A program made the translations under genes and the position numbers. DNA of 5,396 bases from a virus (Duplodnaviria > Heunggongvirae > Uroviricota > Caudoviricetes). Within the stretch, counting starts at the first letter, position 1. Each line of letters begins with the position of its first letter. Below are positions 1 through 5,396 of this stretch, one piece after another. Location: IMG/VR virus record IMGVR_UViG_3300029184_000066, positions 1 to 5,396 of that record; one strand, 5' to 3'. The notes under the pieces were generated by a model, which searched no databases, had not been told where the DNA came from, and saw nothing but the letters and a program-made list of their open reading frames with translations.

Positions 1-75
1 CTAAATCGTGCACAGGCTCTGGCGAAGATCGCAGAAATTAAAGCTAAGTTCGGACTGAAAGGAGCAAGTGTATGA
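1..75 (+). CDS. P: Replication protein P (lambda P-like helicase loader), C-terminal 24 codons only; 5' end lies outside the window
   Basis: Frame 1 from position 1 translates to LNRAQALAKIAEIKAKFGLKGASV with a TGA stop at 73-75, matching my recollection of the lambda P C-terminus. The stop overlaps the ren ATG (gtATGa). The ORF track omits it because it has no start in the window. Confidence 0.55.
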   Translation, partial: LNRAQALAKIAEIKAKFGLKGASV

Positions 76-374
76 CGGGCAAAGAGGCAATTATTTATTA
101 CCTGGGGACGCATAAGAGCTTCTGTGCACAGGACGTTGCCGCGGTAACAGGTGCAACCGTAACCAGCATAAATCAGGCTGCGGCTAAAATGGCGCGGGCA
201 GGAATCCTGGTCGTTGATGGTAAGGTCTGGCGAACGGTGTATTACCGGTTCGCTACCAGAGAAGAACGGGAAGGAAAGGTGAGCACGAATCTGATTTTTA
301 AGGAGTGTCGCCAGAGTGCCGCGATGAAACGGGTATTGAGGGTATATAAAAGAACATCAATGGGTACACAATGA
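72..374 (+). CDS. ren: Ren protein (lambda Ren-like, Rex-exclusion resistance), 100 aa, apparently intact
   Basis: The translation MTGKEAIIYYLGTHKSFCAQDVAAVTGATVTSINQAAAKMARAG... closely resembles lambda Ren (96 aa) as I recall it. It sits directly downstream of P as in lambda, with an ATGA start/stop overlap. GC content is near 50%, like the phage backbone. Confidence 0.7.
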   Translation: MTGKEAIIYYLGTHKSFCAQDVAAVTGATVTSINQAAAKMARAGILVVDGKVWRTVYYRFATREEREGKVSTNLIFKECRQSAAMKRVLRVYKRTSMGTQ

Positions 375-391
375 TGAAACAGGTGAGTTGA

Positions 392-426
392 GTTCAAACT
401 GTAGTACAATTCTCTCCAGTTTGAAC
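392..426. repeat. Perfect 10-bp inverted repeat (GTTCAAACTG / CAGTTTGAAC) with a 15-nt spacer, in the ren-emrE intergenic region / emrE leader
   Basis: Direct reading: 392-401 gttcaaactg is the exact reverse complement of 417-426 cagtttgaac. It lies at the transition from ~50% GC phage sequence to AT-rich cargo and 16 nt upstream of the emrE start. No U-tract follows, so it is not a classical intrinsic terminator. Confidence 0.5.
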
Positions 427-441
427 AGGAAAGAATATGTT

Positions 442-774
442 ATGAACCCTTATATTTATCTTGGTGGTGCAATACTTGCAGAGGTCATTGGTACAACCTT
501 AATGAAGTTTTCAGAAGGTTTTACACGGTTATGGCCATCTGTTGGTACAATTATTTGTTATTGTGCATCATTCTGGTTATTAGCTCAGACGCTGGCTTAT
601 ATTCCTACAGGGATTGCTTATGCTATCTGGTCAGGAGTCGGTATTGTCCTGATTAGCTTACTGTCATGGGGACTTTTCGACCAACGGCTGGACCTGCCAG
701 CTATTATAGGCATGATGTTGATTTGTGCCGGTGTGTTGGTTATTAATTTATTGTCACGAAGCACACCACATTAA
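442..774 (+). CDS. emrE: EmrE, small multidrug resistance (SMR) family proton-coupled efflux transporter, 110 aa
   Basis: From the ATG at 442 the translation MNPYIYLGGAILAEVIGTTLMKFSEGFTRLWPSVGTIICYCASFWLLAQTLAYIPTGIAYAIWSGVGIVLISLLSWG...STPH is near-identical to E. coli EmrE as I recall it, including the essential Glu14 (LAEVIG). It has four hydrophobic segments and an AGGAAAG Shine-Dalgarno 8-9 nt upstream. The 128-aa version in the ORF track (start 388) is an upstream in-frame extension. Confidence 0.9.
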   Translation: MNPYIYLGGAILAEVIGTTLMKFSEGFTRLWPSVGTIICYCASFWLLAQTLAYIPTGIAYAIWSGVGIVLISLLSWGLFDQRLDLPAIIGMMLICAGVLVINLLSRSTPH

Positions 775-803
775 AAATAATTTCTTTTAAAAGACTGCAA
801 TAT

Positions 804-837
804 GGCGGTTCATATCTTTACATGGGCCGCTTTTGTT
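804..837 (+). terminator. Candidate rho-independent terminator downstream of emrE
   Basis: The stem 804-813 (ggcggttcat) pairs with 822-831 (atgggccgct) using GC pairs plus G-U wobbles, around an 8-nt loop. It is followed by ttttgtt and further T-runs (831-856), about 30 nt after the emrE stop. Confidence 0.4.
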
Positions 838-1018
838 AATGTTTTTAGTTTTTGTGTATTCTTTTGTGCCTTCAAGATTATTGCGTAAGCAAATTGCAAT
901 ACGATTATTGTTGTATATTCAAGATAGTGTGATCGTAATTGTCTTTTTAAATAAAAATTAAACAAAAATTATATCTCACCACTAAGGTTTATAAAAGCAT
1001 ACGTTAGCAGGTGTCACC

Positions 1019-2545
1019 ATGAAAAAAGCCATAGCATATATGCGATTTTCATCACCAGGTCAGATGTCTGGCGACTCATTAAACCGACAGAGAAGACTTA
1101 TTGCTGAATGGTTAAAGGTAAATAGTGATTATTATCTTGATACCATAACATATGAAGATTTAGGATTAAGTGCATTCAAAGGAAAGCATGCACAATCAGG
1201 AGCTTTTTCGGAATTTTTAGATGCTATAGAGCATGGTTATATATTGCCAGGAACTACATTGTTAGTTGAAAGTCTGGACAGACTTTCAAGAGAAAAAGTC
1301 GGTGAAGCGATTGAACGTCTGAAATTGATTTTGAATCACGGTATTGATGTTATAACTCTTTGCGACAATACAGTCTATAATATTGACTCTTTGAATGAGC
1401 CATATTCATTAATAAAAGCCATACTTATAGCACAAAGGGCAAATGAAGAAAGCGAGATAAAGTCAAGTCGGGTTAAATTATCATGGAAGAAAAAACGGCA
1501 GGATGCACTGGAATCAGGTACGATTATGACGGCGTCTTGTCCGAGATGGCTCTCCTTAGATGACAAAAGAACGGCTTTTGTTCCAGACCCCGACAGGGTG
1601 AAAACTATTGAGCTAATTTTTAAACTCAGGATGGAAAGGCGCTCATTGAATGCAATAGCCAAGTATTTAAATGATCATGCTGTAAAGAATTTCTCAGGAA
1701 AAGAAAGTGCATGGGGGCCTTCTGTAATTGAAAAATTATTAGCGAATAAAGCTCTGATAGGTATATGCGTACCTTCATATCGTGCAAGAGGGAAAGGGAT
1801 AAGTGAAATCGCTGGCTATTATCCCAGAGTCATATCAGATGATTTGTTTTACGCTGTACAGGAAATTCGGTTGGCACCTTTTGGTATTAGCAATAGTAGC
1901 AAGAATCCTATGCTAATAAATCTACTTCGAACAGTTATGAAGTGTGAGGCTTGTGGTAATACCATGATTGTTCATGCGGTATCTGGAAGTTTGCATGGCT
2001 ATTATGTTTGTCCGATGAGAAGATTACATCGATGTGACAGGCCATCAATAAAGAGAGATTTGGTTGATTATAATATCATTAATGAATTGCTTTTTAATTG
2101 TAGCAAAATTCAACCAGTTGAAAACAAGAAAGATGCTAATGAAACTTTAGAGTTAAAAATTATTGAGCTTCAGATGAAAATTAATAATTTAATCGTTGCA
2201 TTGTCTGTCGCGCCTGAAGTTACCGCTATAGCAGAGAAAATAAGACTATTAGATAAGGAATTACGAAGAGCTTTGGTATCATTGAAAACTTTGAAGAGTA
2301 AAGGTGTAAATTCATTCAGTGATTTTTATGCTATTGACTTAACCAGTAAAAATGGACGAGAGTTATGCCGTACACTTGCCTATAAAATATTCGAAAAAAT
2401 CATAATTAATACGGATAATAAAACCTGTGATATCTATTTTATGAATGGCATTGTTTTTAAACACTATCCTTTAATGAAAGTAATATCCGCCCAGCAGGCG
2501 ATAAGTGCTCTCAAATATATGGTTGATGGTGAGGTTTATTTTTGA
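1019..2545 (+). CDS. ybcK: Large serine recombinase (YbcK-like, DLP12-type putative recombinase), 508 aa
   Basis: The N-terminus AIAYMRFSSPGQMSGDSLNRQ carries the serine-recombinase catalytic motif (Y-x-R-x-S...Q) in a resolvase-type domain. The C-terminal half has a Cys-rich zinc-ribbon-like segment (CEACGNTMIVHAVSGSLHGYYVCPMRRLHRCD) followed by a predicted coiled coil (LELKIIELQMKINNLIVALS), the large-serine-recombinase architecture. Length and N-terminus match my recollection of E. coli YbcK (508 aa). The gene is very AT-rich, unlike the flanking phage genes. Confidence 0.85.
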   Translation: MKKAIAYMRFSSPGQMSGDSLNRQRRLIAEWLKVNSDYYLDTITYEDLGLSAFKGKHAQSGAFSEFLDAIEHGYILPGTTLLVESLDRLSREKVGEAIERLKLILNHGIDVITLCDNTVYNIDSLNEPYSLIKAILIAQRANEESEIKSSRVKLSWKKKRQDALESGTIMTASCPRWLSLDDKRTAFVPDPDRVKTIELIFKLRMERRSLNAIAKYLNDHAVKNFSGKESAWGPSVIEKLLANKALIGICVPSYRARGKGISEIAGYYPRVISDDLFYAVQEIRLAPFGISNSSKNPMLINLLRTVMKCEACGNTMIVHAVSGSLHGYYVCPMRRLHRCDRPSIKRDLVDYNIINELLFNCSKIQPVENKKDANETLELKIIELQMKINNLIVALSVAPEVTAIAEKIRLLDKELRRALVSLKTLKSKGVNSFSDFYAIDLTSKNGRELCRTLAYKIFEKIIINTDNKTCDIYFMNGIVFKHYPLMKVISAQQAISALKYMVDGEVYF

Positions 2546-2898
2546 GTAATAATCACTTTTTCAACCGTGCTATGGTATGAAAGTAAAGTAACTACTATGA
2601 TATTAACTATCGAGCAAGAATATCCCCAGGCACTCAACAGGGCGCAGGTCAACGTGAATCGGTCATGACACGACACCGATTTTGCGGAATCAATGTTGCT
2701 TATGAATACAACATCCCGCTTAGTACATGTTCAACACATCAGCAAATTTTGAACTGGGTGTGGCACTTAACTGAAAAAACATGGATGACACAAAATGTTA
2801 CTCGTCGCTTCATTGAAGTAGCTTGTGGATATCACAAGCTAGACTATCGCCAATGATATTCAATTTTTGATTTTTTAGTATCAACCTTCCATAATAAT

Positions 2899-2940
2899 GT
2901 CACCGGAGCTTGAACAACTCCGGTGACTTCTGCGCATTTA
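2899..2940. terminator. Perfect 10-bp stem hairpin (GTCACCGGAG-cttgaacaa-CTCCGGTGAC) followed by TTCTGCGCATTT; candidate tR2-like terminator or boundary element upstream of the nin operon
   Basis: Direct reading: 2899-2908 is the exact reverse complement of 2918-2927, with a 9-nt loop. The stem is GC-rich and the downstream tract only moderately T-rich. It lies at the right edge of the AT-rich cargo and 25 nt upstream of the ylcH-like start. Confidence 0.35.
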
Positions 2941-2951
2941 AGGGGACTTAA

Positions 2952-3050
2952 ATGCGACCACAATCTGAACTCCTTACCTTGTCACAGATGCAGAAATGCA
3001 CCTGCGATTCTTTGCATCCAACGTTTGACCTCTGCGGAGGTGAAGCGTGA
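2952..3050 (+). CDS. ylcH: Small ORF (32 aa, [32 protein letters not shown]), ylcH-like, first gene of the coupled nin operon
   Basis: The ATG at 2952 is preceded by AAGGGGA (2939-2945). Its stop TGA (3048-3050) overlaps the ybcN GTG start (3047-3049) as GTGA, the same 4-nt coupling seen at every downstream junction. Position and size fit DLP12 ylcH (about 33 aa as I recall). It is below the ORF-track length cutoff. Confidence 0.4.
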   Translation: MRPQSELLTLSQMQKCTCDSLHPTFDLCGGEA

Positions 3051-3502
3051 ACCTCCCACAAGACGGCATCAAATTACATCGCGGCAACTTCACCGCTATC
3101 GGTCGGCAGATCCAGCCTTATCTGGAGGATGGCAAATGCTTTCGCATGGTGCTTAAACCGTGGCGCGAGAGACGCAGTCTTTCCCAGAATGCACTCAGCC
3201 ACATGTGGTACAGCGAAATCAGTGAGTACCTCATCAGCAGGGGTAAAACGTTCGCTACTGCAGTATGGGTAAAAGATGCACTCAAACACACATACCTCGG
3301 TTATGAAACCAAGGACCTGGTTGATGTCGTAACCGGCGAAATCACTACGATCCAGTCGTTACGCCATACCTCCGATCTTGATACCGGAGAGATGTATGTC
3401 TTCCTGTGTAAGGTTGAAGCCTGGGCGATGAATATTGGCTGCCACCTGACTATTCCGCAGAGCTGCGAGTTCCAGCTGCTGCGCGACAAGCAGGAGGCGT
3501 AA
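3047..3502 (+). CDS. ybcN: YbcN-like protein (DLP12 ybcN family, reported DNA base-flipping protein; occupies the lambda ninB/orf position), 151 aa
   Basis: The translation [61 protein letters not shown]... matches my recollection of E. coli YbcN (151 aa). It has a GTG start with a strong GGAGG Shine-Dalgarno 6 nt upstream, and its stop overlaps the ninE start (TAATG). Confidence 0.8.
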   Translation: MNLPQDGIKLHRGNFTAIGRQIQPYLEDGKCFRMVLKPWRERRSLSQNALSHMWYSEISEYLISRGKTFATAVWVKDALKHTYLGYETKDLVDVVTGEITTIQSLRHTSDLDTGEMYVFLCKVEAWAMNIGCHLTIPQSCEFQLLRDKQEA

Positions 3503-3672
3503 TGGCTACACCGCTTATTCGTGTCATGAGCGGACACATCTACAGAGCACCAAATCGTCGTAAGCGTAAGCCTGAGCTGAAACCATCCGAAATACCAACA
3601 CTGCTCGGATATACCGCCAGCCTGGTTGATAAAAAATGGTTGCGACTGGCAGCAAGGAGGAACCATGGCTGA
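3502..3672 (+). CDS. ninE: NinE family protein, 56 aa
   Basis: This ORF is missing from the ORF track because it is short. Translation from the ATG at 3502 gives [56 protein letters not shown], basic and of the size and position of lambda/DLP12 NinE. It overlaps ybcN by 1 nt and ybcO by 8 nt. Confidence 0.7.
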   Translation: MATPLIRVMSGHIYRAPNRRKRKPELKPSEIPTLLGYTASLVDKKWLRLAARRNHG

Positions 3673-3955
3673 TTTGAGAAAAGCAGCGCGTGGTCGGGAA
3701 TGCCAGGCAAGAATCCCTGGCGTATGTAATGGCAATCCTGAAACGTCTGTACTGGCACATATCCGGCTGGCTGGATTGGGCGGTACCGGTATCAAACCGC
3801 CAGACCTGATTGCCACCATTGCATGTTCTGCCTGTCACGACGAAATCGACCGCCGCACACATTTTGTCGATGCTGAGTATGCAAAAGAATGCGCGCTGGA
3901 AGGTATGGCGAGAACGCAGGTTATCTGGCTGAAAGAGGGGGTAATCAAGGCGTGA
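3665..3955 (+). CDS. ybcO: YbcO-like protein (DLP12 ybcO family, putative metal-binding nuclease), 96 aa
   Basis: I place the start at the ATG at 3665, which has an AGGAGG Shine-Dalgarno 4 nt upstream. The translation [67 protein letters not shown]... has Cys/His residues spaced like a zinc site and matches the 96-aa YbcO of DLP12 as I recall it. The ORF-track version starts 13 codons earlier without a Shine-Dalgarno. Confidence 0.8.
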   Translation: MADLRKAARGRECQARIPGVCNGNPETSVLAHIRLAGLGGTGIKPPDLIATIACSACHDEIDRRTHFVDAEYAKECALEGMARTQVIWLKEGVIKA

Positions 3956-4314
3956 ATACTTACTACATCACACTACCCTGGCCGCCGAGCAATAACCGCT
4001 ACTACCGCCATAATCGCGGGCGCACGCACATCAGCGCAGAGGGGCAGGTATACCGCGATAACGTCGCCCGAATCATCAAAGGCTCCATGCTGGATATCGG
4101 TCTGGCTATGCCAGTGAAAATCCGTATTGAGTGCCACATGCCGGATCGCCGTCGCCGTGACCTGGATAATCTGCAAAAAGCAGCTTTTGACGCACTCACC
4201 AAAGCAGGTTTCTGGCTGGATGATGCTCAGGTCGTTGATTACCGCGTTGTGAAGATGCCCGTTACCAAAGGTGGGAAGCTGGAGCTGACCATCACCGAAC
4301 TGGGGAATGAATGA
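3952..4314 (+). CDS. rusA: RusA Holliday-junction resolvase, 120 aa, GTG start
   Basis: The sequence ...[119 protein letters not shown] is near-identical to E. coli RusA as I recall it, including the acidic catalytic cluster ([14 protein letters not shown]). The GTG at 3952 overlaps the ybcO stop (GTGA) and gives the canonical 120 aa. The upstream ATG at 3889 would add 21 residues that overlap ybcO. Confidence 0.88.
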   Translation: MNTYYITLPWPPSNNRYYRHNRGRTHISAEGQVYRDNVARIIKGSMLDIGLAMPVKIRIECHMPDRRRRDLDNLQKAAFDALTKAGFWLDDAQVVDYRVVKMPVTKGGKLELTITELGNE

Positions 4315-4447
4315 TGTTTGAGTCTTATGTGGCAGAACGTCTTCGCCACCGCTGGATGCGCCTGCGCTTATATCGTTTCCCCGGTTCTGTTTTGACCGAT
4401 TACCGGATACTGAAGAATTACGCCAAAACACTGAAAGGAGCTGCCGC

Positions 4448-4451
<4 letters not shown>
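4311..4451 (+). CDS. ylcG: YlcG-like small protein, 46 aa
   Basis: This ORF is missing from the ORF track because it is short. Translation from the ATG at 4311 gives [46 protein letters not shown]. Both ends are coupled by ATGA overlaps, to the rusA stop and to the next ORF's start. Size and position match DLP12 ylcG. Confidence 0.6.

Positions 4452-5396
<945 letters not shown>

Noticed and set aside
392-426. Guanidine-II (mini-ykkC) riboswitch upstream of the SMR transporter
   Set aside because: That riboswitch is a pair of short hairpins with conserved ACGR tetraloops. Here there is a single hairpin with a 15-nt loop lacking that motif.
388-441. Upstream in-frame extension of emrE (128-aa version starting at 388)
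   Set aside because: Canonical EmrE is 110 aa and begins MNPYIYLGG. The 442 ATG has an AGGAAAG Shine-Dalgarno, whereas the 388 ATG lies inside the palindrome region with no Shine-Dalgarno.
775-1018. Specific sigma-70 promoter for ybcK in the AT-rich intergenic region
   Set aside because: There are several TTGnnn/TATAnn-like hexamers, but none with convincing 16-18 bp spacing. In such AT-rich DNA chance matches are frequent, so no promoter is called.
1375-1662. 95-aa antisense ORF inside ybcK
   Set aside because: It lies entirely within a well-supported recombinase gene on the opposite strand, has no Shine-Dalgarno and no recognisable domain. It is most likely a chance open frame.
2665-2856. 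63-aa ORF (MTRHRFCGINVAYEY...) in the ybcK-ylcH gap
   Set aside because: There is no Shine-Dalgarno upstream of the ATG, it is not coupled to neighbouring genes, and I recognise no motif. It is kept only as part of the unassigned-interval finding.
2923-3156. 77-aa ORF starting within the 2899-2927 hairpin
   Set aside because: It starts inside a stable stem and overlaps ylcH-like and ybcN in another frame, and the basic, low-complexity translation looks like an out-of-frame artefact.
3626-3664. Longer ybcO start (109-aa version)
   Set aside because: The internal ATG at 3665 has a near-consensus AGGAGG Shine-Dalgarno and yields the 96-aa product. The extension would overlap ninE by 47 nt.
3889-3951. 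Longer rusA start (141-aa version from the ATG at 3889)
   Set aside because: RusA is 120 aa, and the GTG at 3952 is coupled to the ybcO stop. The 21-residue extension lies wholly within ybcO in another frame.

Overview
This window reads as the early-right / nin region of a lambdoid, DLP12-like prophage of an enterobacterium, all on the + strand. All identifications rest on reading the translations and on recall of known protein families; no database search was possible. Gene order: 3' end of replication gene P (1-75), ren (72-374), an AT-rich cargo block carrying the SMR efflux gene emrE (442-774) and a 508-aa large serine recombinase of the YbcK type (1019-2545), then a tightly coupled nin operon of ylcH-like (2952-3050), ybcN (3047-3502), ninE (3502-3672), ybcO (3665-3955), rusA (3952-4314), ylcG (4311-4451) and a 176-aa ORF in the position of antiterminator Q (4448-4978). 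The 3' end holds nested insertion sequences: an IS3-family (IS911-like) element begins at about 4963 at the stop of the Q-position ORF, and is itself interrupted by the left end of IS30 at 5307, 5 bp after its A-AAA-AAG frameshift heptamer. Compared with my recollection of K-12 DLP12, ren is intact, ybcL-ybcM are missing between ybcK and ylcH, and the Q-position gene is not quuD-like. I see no CRISPR array, tRNA or rRNA. The most interesting items are the emrE-recombinase cargo block bounded by two perfect 10-bp palindromes, the unclassified Q-position ORF, and the IS-in-IS insertion that probably cuts Q off from the late region.
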